A stretch of 64,000 nucleotides of DNA from Candidatus Fraserbacteria bacterium (lineage in GTDB: Bacteria > Bipolaricaulota > Bipolaricaulia > RBG-16-55-9). Below, in pieces: positions 19,039-28,400 of this stretch (its first letter is position 1; each line of letters starts with the position of its first letter). Location: NCBI GenBank assembly GCA_037442925.1, contig JBBIPG010000002.1, forward strand, positions 1 through 64,000, given 5' to 3'. Under the pieces are notes generated by a model. That model made no database searches. It saw only the letters and a list, made by a program, of their open reading frames with translations, and was not told the origin of the DNA. A program made the position numbers and the translations under genes.

Positions 19039-19728
19039 GTGGTCGTCTCGGAGCGTTGCAAGTATTGCCTTAACGAGGCGTGCATCTTCCTCAACGTGAG
19101 TCGAGATGAGATATCGTTCCACCCGGAGGACTTCACGCGATCCCTCGAATACCAGCCGGGTCAGACGCTCTTCCCCGAGGGCGCGCCCCTGTACGGGTAC
19201 TCGATCATCTGTGAAGGTGCCGTGAAGCTGGTGCGGCGTCTCAAGGAGGGCAGAAGAGTCATCGTCGCAGTGCTGGGACCAGGCGATATCCTGGGCTTGT
19301 CAGCGACTCGTGAAGGGCATTTCGCTTTGGAGGCGGAGGCGTTGGATAGGACGCAGGTGGGTTTCATAGATAAAGGGGACTTCATCCGGCTTCTTGAGAG
19401 ATACCCGCGCTTGGCTGCCGCGCTCGTGCAGAAACTATCGGAAGAAGTGTCTCAGCTTCAGGAGCGTCTCTTTGCGACCGCTCGGCAGAGTGCGAGGGGC
19501 AAGTTGGCCTATCTGCTCCTGCAATTGGTTGCCTCCTATGGTCGAAAACATCCGCAGGGAACCCTTATTGATCTGGAACTCACTCGGTCAGAACTGGCGG
19601 AGATGATTGGGGTGGCCCGCGAGACGGTCAGCTTGACTCTCGGTCAGTTGAAGTCCAGAGGGTTAATTGCCCTAGAAGGCCACAAGATTGTGATCCTCAA
19701 TGAGATGGGTCTTGAGAACCTTTTCTGA
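19039..19728 (+). CDS. Crp/Fnr-family regulator with N-terminal C-x2-C-x4-C motif
   Basis: ERCKYCLNEAC; GPGDILG; HTH LAEMIGVARETVSL with CRP-like RE. Confidence 0.88.
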   Translation: MVVSERCKYCLNEACIFLNVSRDEISFHPEDFTRSLEYQPGQTLFPEGAPLYGYSIICEGAVKLVRRLKEGRRVIVAVLGPGDILGLSATREGHFALEAEALDRTQVGFIDKGDFIRLLERYPRLAAALVQKLSEEVSQLQERLFATARQSARGKLAYLLLQLVASYGRKHPQGTLIDLELTRSELAEMIGVARETVSLTLGQLKSRGLIALEGHKIVILNEMGLENLF

Positions 19729-19834
19729 CTGCACCGCGTGGCATAGATCTCAATGGTGACCGGTCATTGATAGCGAACAGGAAGGTTTGCCATCGCGCTC
19801 ACGGGCCATTTATGTGAGAAGACCAACGCTATTT

Positions 19835-19850
19835 TGTGAGAATTCTCACA
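19835..19850. promoter_or_regulatory. Perfect 16-bp palindrome TGTGAGAATTCTCACA (CRP-box form TGTGA-N6-TCACA)
   Basis: Read directly; extra half-site TGTGAGAA at 19813; lies upstream of the 19.9-29 kb operon. Confidence 0.75.
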
Positions 19851-19927
19851 GCACAACTTCCGCAAAAGAGCTAATCTAAGCTGTCGGTAGCCGCTAGTGG
19901 TTACCACTGAACAGGCAGGTGAACCAC

Positions 19928-22075
19928 ATGGCGAAGGCAGCAGAGCTACAACAGCCTATAGAATCAGAGATTCTCGCCATTCTAAGAGAAGCCAAGGCCG
20001 AAGTCCACACCGAACAGCTCGCCTCACAGCTTGGCATCACACGACACACGGCCGCAAAATATCTGGAGATCCTCCAGGCCAAGGGGCAAGTCAGCTGTCG
20101 CAAACTGGGCAACGCCAAGCTGTGGCGCGAGGCCTCTACCGAGATCGTGATTCGGCTCCTCACTTCCGCAGACCTAAATGCCATAGTAGCCATCCAAAAG
20201 CAACTACAGTCGGAGCCCGAATATGCACAGCTCAAGCTCAGTGACTTCGAGGACGAGGCGGCACTGAACAACTTCCGGCGGATGGTCGAACATCAGCTGG
20301 CGAGCAGCGATCCCGCGTGGATGTTGGGCGCGGAAGTGCAGGGACAACTCGTGGGCTTCATTCTGGGAGAGATTCGTCTCTGGGAGCGTGGCAGCGGGGA
20401 GCAGACGGGCTGGATCCGGGCGCTTGCAGTTGACCCGCGCTATCACGGACGCCACATCGGACGCCGCCTCGCGGAAGAGCTGCTGGCTCGTTTTCAAGCC
20501 CACGGAGTCCGACGTGTGAGAACGCTCATCGACTGGCAAGCCGGAAAACTCATGGCCTACTTCCAAGACCTTGGCTTCTCCATTTTAAGCATGTTGCCAC
20601 TCGAAAAGGACTTGCTCGAGTCAGCTAGTGAGCCGAAGAGCATAGAAAACGGAGAGACTGTGAGTTCTCCCATACTCGGCGAAGCGAATTTAACAGAAGG
20701 AGCAGAGATGAGCGTAAGAACCCCTGCGATCACAGAAGGAGCGTGTAGCACATTCGCAGAACTTCACCCACCATTGACAGATGGGGAAGCCGTCATGGAA
20801 GCCTATCGGTGCCTGGAATGCGGTGGGCCCTATGCTCCGGCTCCCTGCACGGTGGCGTGCCCCACGCACATTGACATCCCCAAGTTCATTCGCGAGATCC
20901 GCGAAGGTCGACCGTTGGATTCAGCCCGCACGATCTTTGAGGCAAATGTCTTGGGAGGCAGTTGTGCCCGCGTCTGTCCCGTGGAAGTCCTCTGCCAAGG
21001 GGCCTGCGTTCTGACGAAAGAAGGGCGACGTGCCGTGGAGATCGGTCGGCTGCAACGCTATGCGACCGATTGGGCTCTCACACGACATGAGCGGGTCATG
21101 CCAGCCAAAACGAAGACAAAGCACAACCGCCGAGTGGCCGTTCTCGGTGCAGGGCCAGCAGGGTTGGCTTGCGCAGCCGAACTGGCTCGCCTTGGTTACT
21201 CCGTGACGCTATATGAGAGTAAGACGATGCCGGGCGGACTCATCACTCATGCAATTGCCCCTTATAAGCAGCTGGTGGAGCCTCTGCCTCACGAGGTAGA
21301 GGAGATCCAGAAGCTGGGGGTCGAATTCCGGTTCGGTGTGGCCGTGGGGCGGGATCTCTCGCTTGAGGAGCTCGAGGGCGTGTACGATGCGATCTTCTTG
21401 GGGATCGGCCTCGGCGAAGATCAGTCAGCCGAGGTGCGCGGCGAGGATCTAGAAGGCGTTTACAACTCACTGGATTTTGTGGATGAACTCAAGTTGGGCG
21501 ACTGGCGCAAGCTTAAGCAGCGCTTGGGAGAGAGGATAGCAGTGCTTGGCGGTGGCAATACAGCGATTGACGTGGCTCGTGAGGCGGTGCGCCTGGGAGC
21601 CAAAGAAGTGACCGTGCTCTATCGGCGCACCGAAAAGGACATGCCGGCATACGCCCATGAATACGAGGCAGCACGCAAGGAAGGTGTGCGGTTCTTGTGG
21701 CTGACGGCTCCCAGACGCTTCGTCGGCAACGGAAGAATCCGGGCTGTCGAGTGTGTGCACTTGCGCATGGTCCAGCCGGAAGCCGGTCGCAGCTCGCCTC
21801 TGGAGCCTGTGGCGGGAACGGAGTTTCTCCTCGAAGTCGATGGTGTCATTAAAGCGATCGGCCAGCGGAAGCGTACGGCCTTTCTGCAGCAGATTCGCGG
21901 CTTACAGCTCGAGCGCGGGCTTGTCAAGGTCGACGAGTGGGGCCAGACGGCTGGAAAATACTTTGCCGGCGGAGATTGCGTCAATGGCGGCGACACGGCC
22001 GTGCGTGCGGTAGCCGAAGGCCGACGAGCCGCTCAAGGCATTCATCGCTTCCTAAGTGGGGAGGCCATGTCATGA
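19928..22075 (+). CDS. HTH + GNAT + GltD/PreT-like FAD/Fe-S NAD(P)-oxidoreductase in one ORF
   Basis: N-terminal HTH (EQLASQLGITRHTAAKYL); GNAT (LAVDPRYHGRHIG); from Met 20708 RCLEC..APCTVACP, GAGPAG, GGGNTAID, AGGDC. Confidence 0.8.
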   Translation: MAKAAELQQPIESEILAILREAKAEVHTEQLASQLGITRHTAAKYLEILQAKGQVSCRKLGNAKLWREASTEIVIRLLTSADLNAIVAIQKQLQSEPEYAQLKLSDFEDEAALNNFRRMVEHQLASSDPAWMLGAEVQGQLVGFILGEIRLWERGSGEQTGWIRALAVDPRYHGRHIGRRLAEELLARFQAHGVRRVRTLIDWQAGKLMAYFQDLGFSILSMLPLEKDLLESASEPKSIENGETVSSPILGEANLTEGAEMSVRTPAITEGACSTFAELHPPLTDGEAVMEAYRCLECGGPYAPAPCTVACPTHIDIPKFIREIREGRPLDSARTIFEANVLGGSCARVCPVEVLCQGACVLTKEGRRAVEIGRLQRYATDWALTRHERVMPAKTKTKHNRRVAVLGAGPAGLACAAELARLGYSVTLYESKTMPGGLITHAIAPYKQLVEPLPHEVEEIQKLGVEFRFGVAVGRDLSLEELEGVYDAIFLGIGLGEDQSAEVRGEDLEGVYNSLDFVDELKLGDWRKLKQRLGERIAVLGGGNTAIDVAREAVRLGAKEVTVLYRRTEKDMPAYAHEYEAARKEGVRFLWLTAPRRFVGNGRIRAVECVHLRMVQPEAGRSSPLEPVAGTEFLLEVDGVIKAIGQRKRTAFLQQIRGLQLERGLVKVDEWGQTAGKYFAGGDCVNGGDTAVRAVAEGRRAAQGIHRFLSGEAMS

Positions 22076-22665
22076 TGATCGAAATCCGTTGGCACGCTCG
22101 CGGCGGTCAAGGAGCCATCACGGTTGCGGAGATCCTCGCTGCCGTCGCGCTTTGTCAGGGTCTCTACGTGCAATCGTTTCCCGAGTACGGACCAGAGCGC
22201 AGCGGCGCACCACTTCATGCGTATAATCGCATCTCCGATGAACCCATCAAACTCCATAGTGGCGTCTACGAGCCAGATATCGTCGTCGTGCTCGACCCGA
22301 CGCTGCTCCATGCCGAGCCCGTGGCAGAGGGACTCAAAACCGAGGGGCTTCTGCTCGTAAATACGTCAGATGCTGCAAAAGAGATGGCAAAGCGCACGGG
22401 CTTTCGCGGCAGAGTCTTGGCAATTCCCGCCGTTCAACTGGCCGAACAGGCAAAGATCCGCTTCGCCAATGTGCCCATGTTGGGTGTGCTGTTGAGACTT
22501 CTGAACTTCCCGCTCGAAGCGGGACAAGAAGAATTCCAAACTGTCTTTAGCGAAAAGCTCAGTCCTGCTGTGCTCGAAGCGAATCTGGAGGCTTTGCGCC
22601 TCGGGTACGAAGCCGTTTCGCAGGAGAGCGTCGTAGATATGAAACGAGGTGTCATCGCATCATGA
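22072..22665 (+). CDS. porC: 2-oxoacid (pyruvate-type):ferredoxin oxidoreductase gamma subunit
   Basis: IEIRWHARGGQGA, YGPERSGAP. Confidence 0.88.
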   Translation: MMIEIRWHARGGQGAITVAEILAAVALCQGLYVQSFPEYGPERSGAPLHAYNRISDEPIKLHSGVYEPDIVVVLDPTLLHAEPVAEGLKTEGLLLVNTSDAAKEMAKRTGFRGRVLAIPAVQLAEQAKIRFANVPMLGVLLRLLNFPLEAGQEEFQTVFSEKLSPAVLEANLEALRLGYEAVSQESVVDMKRGVIAS

Positions 22666-22985
22666 TGGCGAAAGGAAAACTGAAAGCGTGGCAAGAACTG
22701 GAGGTTGGGGCTGTCGTTCTCGAAGGCGGGAGCACCCAAGCCATTCTCACCGGCGGATGGCGCACAGGCAAGAAGCCCATCGTCGACGCCCAGAAGTGCG
22801 TCAACTGCCTGCTCTGCTGGATCCACTGCCCGGAGCCTGCTATCGTCACGGAGAAGGCTCAGATGCGCGGGTACAACTACGAACATTGCAAGGGCTGCGG
22901 CATTTGCGCCGAAGCCTGTCCTTCCGGTGCGATTTCCATGGTCCCCGAAGAAAGGGTCGTCCCCGAGAGAGGGTGGATCGAATGA
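22662..22985 (+). CDS. porD: Delta subunit (2x[4Fe-4S])
   Basis: TGGWRT..P, CVNCLLCWIHCP, CKGCGICAEACP. Confidence 0.9.
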   Translation: MMAKGKLKAWQELEVGAVVLEGGSTQAILTGGWRTGKKPIVDAQKCVNCLLCWIHCPEPAIVTEKAQMRGYNYEHCKGCGICAEACPSGAISMVPEERVVPERGWIE

Positions 22986-24193
22986 CTGTTGCCATGAAGC
23001 AGAAGCAATTACTCACAGGTGCTGAGGCAGTGGCTCAAGCGTGGCGCCAGATCGATCCGGATGTCGTGCCCGTCTACCCCATCACACCCCAGACGCCGAT
23101 CATCACGGCCTTCTCCGAGATGGTCGCTGAGGGACTTGCGAGCACAGAGATCATCAATGTGGAGAGTGAGCACTCGGCGATGAGCGCGGCCGTCGGTGCC
23201 GCAGCGGCTGGAGCCCGTGTGGCCACGGCCACAAGCTCGCAAGGGCTGGCTCTCATGCTCGAGATCTGTTACATTGCTGCATCCCTTCGGCTGCCCATCT
23301 TGATGAACGTGGGAGCGCGGGCACTTTCGGGTCCTATCAATATTCACTGCGACCACTCCGATGCCTATATGGCTCGCGATGCCGGATGGGTGCAGATCTT
23401 CACAGAGAATGCCCAGGAGGCTTACGACTACACGCTTATGGCACAGCGTCTCGCGGAACACGACCGCGTACGCCTGCCGGTGATGGTGATGCTCGATGGG
23501 TTCACTACCACACACTCCGCGGATGTGGCTGAGATCTTACCCGACGACCTGGCAAGACAGTTCATCGGCGAGTATGAGCCGCCCTTCTCGTTGCTCACGC
23601 AGGTCGCGACTGTCGGCCCCTTTGACATGCCGGACTACTACTTCGAGCACAGACGAGCTCAGCAGCATGCCTTAGAACAGGTGCGTGAGGCCTTCGAGCA
23701 GATTCAAAGAATGTTCAAAGAGCAGAGTGAACGTCCGTATGAAGGGCCTTTCGAGGCGTATCAGATGGACGATGCGCGAACGGCTCTCGTGGTGATGGGT
23801 TCAGCCGCAGGCACCGCTAAGGCCGTTGTGGATATGCTGCGCCGCGAAGGTCGGCGTGTTGGTCTCATTAAACTGTGGCTCTTTCGCCCCTTCCCGCGCG
23901 CAGCCATCGCCCGGGTTTTGGGATACGTCGACAGTGTAGCTGTGTTCGATCGGGGCCTAAGCTACGGTAGCTTCGGCCCGCTGTATCTTGAGGTCACTTC
24001 AGCACTCTACAGTCGAGTCTGGGGTGTGGAGAATTCCAGGCGACCCAAACTAGCCAACATCATCTATGGACTGGGCGGACGGGATTTACGACCCGATCAG
24101 ATTCGAAAAGCCTTCGATGATCTGGAGGCTGGGCGCTTGCGAGCTGATCAACTCTACTATGCCGGTTTGCGGGAAGAAGGAGACCAGCGATGA
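22982..24193 (+). CDS. porA: Alpha subunit
   Basis: VYPITPQT, VESEHSAM, ATSSQGL; start at ATG 22982. Confidence 0.9.
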   Translation: MTVAMKQKQLLTGAEAVAQAWRQIDPDVVPVYPITPQTPIITAFSEMVAEGLASTEIINVESEHSAMSAAVGAAAAGARVATATSSQGLALMLEICYIAASLRLPILMNVGARALSGPINIHCDHSDAYMARDAGWVQIFTENAQEAYDYTLMAQRLAEHDRVRLPVMVMLDGFTTTHSADVAEILPDDLARQFIGEYEPPFSLLTQVATVGPFDMPDYYFEHRRAQQHALEQVREAFEQIQRMFKEQSERPYEGPFEAYQMDDARTALVVMGSAAGTAKAVVDMLRREGRRVGLIKLWLFRPFPRAAIARVLGYVDSVAVFDRGLSYGSFGPLYLEVTSALYSRVWGVENSRRPKLANIIYGLGGRDLRPDQIRKAFDDLEAGRLRADQLYYAGLREEGDQR

Positions 24194-25200
24194 TCCACCT
24201 CAAAGAACTGGCGCGGCGCGAGGAGAAGACGCAGAAGTTCTTCGGAGGACATGGCCTATGCGCGGGCTGCGGAGCCCCCATCGTGGTGCGCACCGTGCTC
24301 AACGCGATTGACAGGCCCATGGTCGTCATTAACGCTACAGGGTGTCTTGAGGTCGCCACGACGCGCTTCCCCTACACGGCATGGAGTGTCCCATGGATTC
24401 ACGTGGCTTTCGAGAATGCTGCCGCCGTGGCCAGTGGAATTGAAACGGCTTATCGCGTCTTGCGGCGCAAGGGCAAGATCTCCCAGGACATGGTGTTTGT
24501 GGTCTTTGCTGGCGATGGGGGCACGTATGATATCGGGTTTCAGGCCCTCTCCGGAGCCCTGGAGCGCGGCCATCGCCTTATCTACATCTGTTACGACAAC
24601 GAAGCGTACATGAATACGGGTAATCAGCGATCCGGAGCTACACCACGGGGCGCATATACTGCCACCACGCCGATTGGCAGTCGAGGCTCCGGCAAACCCC
24701 AGCGCCGCAAGGACTTGACCGAGATTGTCGTGGCCCACCACATCCCCTATGCTGCCCAGGCATCCATCTCCGACTGGCAAGATATCGTGATGAAGATCGA
24801 GCGAGCCGTGGCCGCGGACGGTCCAAGTTTCCTCAACGTCTTGTCCACGTGCACACGTGGTTGGGGGTTCCCAGCGGAGAAAGCCGTGAAGATGGCGCAT
24901 CTTGCGGTCCAGAGCTGTTACTGGCCGCTCTATGAGGTCATTGACGGCGCGTGGCGCCTGAGCTACGAGCCGGAGCCGCGTACGGCCGAGGAGCGTGCCA
25001 AGTGGGGGCGCTACGGGCTCGACATCACGGAATGGCTCAAGCTCCAGGGGCGCTTCGCCCATCTCTTCCAGAAGAAGCAGGAAGGGATCTTCGTAAGGCC
25101 AGAGCACAGGGAACTGATAGCCGAGATTCAGCGTCAGGTCGAGCGCGACTGGGAGAAGCTCCTCGCCAAGTGTGGCCGCGCCATACCGGTGCTCGCCTGA
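24190..25200 (+). CDS. porB: Beta subunit (TPP-binding)
   Basis: GHGLCAGCG, TGCLEV, GDGGTYDIG, YDNEAYMNTG. Confidence 0.9.
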   Translation: MIHLKELARREEKTQKFFGGHGLCAGCGAPIVVRTVLNAIDRPMVVINATGCLEVATTRFPYTAWSVPWIHVAFENAAAVASGIETAYRVLRRKGKISQDMVFVVFAGDGGTYDIGFQALSGALERGHRLIYICYDNEAYMNTGNQRSGATPRGAYTATTPIGSRGSGKPQRRKDLTEIVVAHHIPYAAQASISDWQDIVMKIERAVAADGPSFLNVLSTCTRGWGFPAEKAVKMAHLAVQSCYWPLYEVIDGAWRLSYEPEPRTAEERAKWGRYGLDITEWLKLQGRFAHLFQKKQEGIFVRPEHRELIAEIQRQVERDWEKLLAKCGRAIPVLA

Positions 25201-25213
25201 GGGAGAGACGCCT

Positions 25214-25468
25214 ATGGAACGCTTTCATCAAGGGGAGTTTCAGCTGATTCTAGAGCCAACCTTCTGCAAGGGCTGCAGTCTCTGCGTGAAGAGTTGCCCG
25301 ACGGGCATTCTCTATTTGAACGGGCAAGGGAAGATCGCAACGCGCTCGGAGGACGTTGCGGAGAAGTGCATCTTTTGTGGATTATGCGAGGCGCGGTGTC
25401 CCGATTTCGCCATCTGGGTCGTGAAACCTGCTCGGGTTGTGCGCAAACAGAAGGCAGGGGTTATCTGA
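25214..25468 (+). CDS. korD: 2x[4Fe-4S] ferredoxin (KorD-like delta subunit)
   Basis: CKGCSLCVKSCP, CIFCGLCEARCPDFAI; GGGAG RBS before ATG 25214. Confidence 0.8.
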   Translation: MERFHQGEFQLILEPTFCKGCSLCVKSCPTGILYLNGQGKIATRSEDVAEKCIFCGLCEARCPDFAIWVVKPARVVRKQKAGVI

Positions 25469-25483
25469 GGCAGTGAAGGGAAT

Positions 25484-26671
25484 ATGAAGATGGCCGATAG
25501 CGGAGCCAACAATAAGAAGAAGCCACGGCTCATCCAAGGCAACGAAGCGTGCGCCTACGGTGCGCTCTACGCGGGCTGTCGCTTCTATGCGGGTTATCCG
25601 ATCACGCCCAGCTCCGAGATCATGGAGATCATGTCGAGAGAGCTGCCTAAGATCGGCGGAGTCTTCATCCAGATGGAAGATGAGATCGCATCGATATCGG
25701 CCGTGATTGGAGCTGCTTGGGCGGGAGCTAAGGCGATGGCGGCCACCAGCGGCCCGGGTTTTTCACTCATGCAAGAAGGCATAGGCTACGCGGCGATCAC
25801 CGAGACCCCGTGCGTGATTGTGGACTCGCAACGCTGGGGGCCATCGACAGGCCAACCCACAAAAACGGCCCAAGGCGATGTGATGCAGGCCATCTGGGGC
25901 ACCCACGGCGATCACCCCGTGATTGTGCTCACGGCCTCGCATGTGCGAGAGGTCTTCGAAATGACCGTTACGGCGTTCAACTACGCTGAGCAATACCGGG
26001 TTCCCGTGATCTTACTGTTGGATGAAGTCCTGTCCCACATGCGGGAGAACGTGTTCATCCCCGAGCCAGGGGAGATCGAGATCATCGAGCGGAAACGACC
26101 GCCTTCCCTGAGCGACTTCCGGCCGTTCAAAGACCTCAGTTTCTTGCCGTTTGGAGATGGTGCCCGCTTCAACGTGACGGGAATGGCCCACGATGAGTGG
26201 GGTTTCCCTGCACAAGGACCAGAGGCGGAACGCCAGCTACGCCGCATCATCGACAAGATTCACGTCGATGTCGAATCCCTCGCGCTCTTTGAAGAACTGC
26301 ATCTTGATGATGCTGACAGCGTGATCGCAAGCTATGGCATCACAAGTCGCGCGGCCGAGAGCGCCGTCGAGCAGTTGCGTGCTGAGGGCCTACGAATCGG
26401 GTTCTTGAATTTGAAGACGCTTTGGCCATTCCCAGATTTCCTCTTCGAGCGGCTTCCAGCACACATCGAATATATTCTAGTCCCGGAGTTGAACCTGGGC
26501 CAGCTGGTGCGTGAGGTGCGGCGGGCCGTGCAGGGACAGCGCGGGCAATCTCTTAGAGTCGAACACCTGGGGCGGGTGGACGGCAGCTTGATCACACCGC
26601 AACAGATCATCGAAACCGTTCACGCCTTCCCCGGCTCTAGGGTTTCAACGGGAGGAGCCCCACGATGCTGA
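25484..26671 (+). CDS. korA: 2-oxoglutarate-type 2-oxoacid:ferredoxin oxidoreductase alpha subunit
   Basis: AGYPITPSSE, QMEDEIAS, TSGPGFSLMQE, GPSTGQPT. Confidence 0.85.
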   Translation: MKMADSGANNKKKPRLIQGNEACAYGALYAGCRFYAGYPITPSSEIMEIMSRELPKIGGVFIQMEDEIASISAVIGAAWAGAKAMAATSGPGFSLMQEGIGYAAITETPCVIVDSQRWGPSTGQPTKTAQGDVMQAIWGTHGDHPVIVLTASHVREVFEMTVTAFNYAEQYRVPVILLLDEVLSHMRENVFIPEPGEIEIIERKRPPSLSDFRPFKDLSFLPFGDGARFNVTGMAHDEWGFPAQGPEAERQLRRIIDKIHVDVESLALFEELHLDDADSVIASYGITSRAAESAVEQLRAEGLRIGFLNLKTLWPFPDFLFERLPAHIEYILVPELNLGQLVREVRRAVQGQRGQSLRVEHLGRVDGSLITPQQIIETVHAFPGSRVSTGGAPRC

Positions 26672-27504
26672 AAGAACCATATAGAGAGTACCTACGCTCC
26701 GATGAGTTGCCAAGCGTCTGGTGTCCGGGCTGCGGCAACGGAGTCATCGTCAAAGCTCTCGTCAACGCTATAGACAGTCTGAAGCTGAAGAAAGACGATG
26801 TGGTGGTCGTGGGAGGCATCGGGTGTTCGGGACGTACACCGTTCATTTTGGATTTCAATACCATGCATACGACTCATGGTCGTGCGCTGGCTTTCGCTAC
26901 AGGGATCAAGCTCACACGACCGGAACTTAAGGTGATCGTCGCGATGGGCGATGGCGATGCCTCGGCCATCGGCGGCAATCACTTCATCCACGCCTGTCGC
27001 CGCAACATTGATCTCACAGCCCTCATCTTTAACAACGCCATCTATGGCCAGACGGGAGGGCAACTGGCCCCCACCACACCCCAAGGCAAACGAAGCGCAA
27101 CCTCACAATGGGGGAGCATCGAGCCGAACTTTGATCTATGTCAGCTGGCGCTGGGTGCCGGAGCCGGTTTTGTGGCACGCACGACGGTCTTCGACTTTCA
27201 AGAACTGAAGGGATTTCTCGAAAGGGCTCTCTGGCACAAGGGGTTTTCGGTGGTGGAGATCATGACTTCGTGTCCAACCTACTTTGGCCGGATGAACGAC
27301 ATCCGCGAACCCTACGAGATGCTGCACTATCTCAAAGACTTGACGATTCCCCAAGATGCGGCCGCCATGGAAGAGGAACGAGAACGGATGAGAAGGCTTC
27401 CGACGGGGGTTTTCAAGGACGAAGAACGAACGGAGTACACGCAGCTCTATCGAGAACTCTGTGAGACGGCCAAGGCGGCCACAGACGGTTCCCGTGGAGA
27501 ATGA
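26665..27504 (+). CDS. korB: Beta subunit
   Basis: WCPGCGNG, GIGCSGR, HTTHGRA, GDGDASAIGGNH. Confidence 0.87.
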   Translation: MLKEPYREYLRSDELPSVWCPGCGNGVIVKALVNAIDSLKLKKDDVVVVGGIGCSGRTPFILDFNTMHTTHGRALAFATGIKLTRPELKVIVAMGDGDASAIGGNHFIHACRRNIDLTALIFNNAIYGQTGGQLAPTTPQGKRSATSQWGSIEPNFDLCQLALGAGAGFVARTTVFDFQELKGFLERALWHKGFSVVEIMTSCPTYFGRMNDIREPYEMLHYLKDLTIPQDAAAMEEERERMRRLPTGVFKDEERTEYTQLYRELCETAKAATDGSRGE

Positions 27505-28094
27505 ACAGCAAGAGAAGCCGTAGAGGCAGAAAGAGCAAAGATCCTGTGCAGATTCGTCTGAGCGGCTCAGGCGGCCAAGGCTTGATCACAGCCGGTGTCA
27601 TCTTGGCGGAAGCCGCGTTACTCGATGGCAAGAACGTCGTGCAGACGCAAAGCTATGGCCCTGAGGCGCGGCTGGGCGCGAGCAAATCCGAAGTGATCAT
27701 CTCCAAAGGGAAGATTGCCTATCCCCAAGTCATGAATCCAGACATCCTTCTTTGCTTATCGCAAGACTCCTTCGACAAGTACATCTCGCAGACCAACGCG
27801 GAGGCCATGATCATTGTGGATTCTGACTTTGTGGAGCATGGGTCATCCACGAACAAGCGGATCTATGCACTTCCGATCACCAAGACAGCTACCGCCGTCG
27901 GCAGCAAGGTGGTGGCGAACGTTGTCGCCTTGGGAGTGATGAATGCTCTGGCAGGCTTGGTTGCTTCCACGAGTTTGCACGAAGCGGTAGTCAAGCGCGT
28001 GCCAGAGCGATTCCGTGCACTCAATGAGCGAGCGGTAGAAGCCGGTGAGAAGCTCATCGAAGAATCTCCGGATTCCGAAAGGAGGGCCATATGA
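27501..28094 (+). CDS. korC: Gamma subunit
   Basis: SGSGGQG, QSYGPEARLG. Confidence 0.87.
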   Translation: MNSKRSRRGRKSKDPVQIRLSGSGGQGLITAGVILAEAALLDGKNVVQTQSYGPEARLGASKSEVIISKGKIAYPQVMNPDILLCLSQDSFDKYISQTNAEAMIIVDSDFVEHGSSTNKRIYALPITKTATAVGSKVVANVVALGVMNALAGLVASTSLHEAVVKRVPERFRALNERAVEAGEKLIEESPDSERRAI

Positions 28095-28399
28095 AACGCC
28101 GTTGGGATGATGAAGAGGAAGCATTGGGACAGACGGCAGGTCTACTCGCGGAATGTGGCGAGAAGGGAAAGAACTGTTGGGCACTCTACGTCGTGATGGA
28201 TGAAGTGATCGAGACGGTAGGACCTTCGTGGCTCGCTCATTTCATCGCCACTACCAAGAACAAAGTGGCTGCCGTTGAACTGCAGAGCTACTTGCAAGCT
28301 CACTGGCCCGCTTACGCAGAACTGGTTGAACAGCTCCTCGCTGGCACCAACTGGACGAGAGAGACCGACGGCCTCGAAAAAGACTTCGGCGACGACTGA
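28091..28399 (+). CDS. Hypothetical protein
   Basis: AGGAGG RBS, ATGA overlap with korC. Confidence 0.65.
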   Translation: MKRRWDDEEEALGQTAGLLAECGEKGKNCWALYVVMDEVIETVGPSWLAHFIATTKNKVAAVELQSYLQAHWPAYAELVEQLLAGTNWTRETDGLEKDFGDD

Positions 28400-28400
28400 G

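Noticed and set aside
19749..19910. Riboswitch or ncRNA in the 190-bp intergenic region (TGACCGGTCA and AGTGGTTACCACT palindromes)
   Set aside because: Short hairpins only, with no recognisable aptamer consensus; a covariance-model search would be needed.
22649..22981. Apparent N-terminal extensions in the ORF track (porA 514 aa, hypE 492 aa, HAD 367 aa, PflX-like 355 aa, rhodanese 260 aa, cooS 660 aa)
   Set aside because: They overlap the upstream genes out of frame; downstream starts with RBSs or stop/start overlaps fit family lengths.
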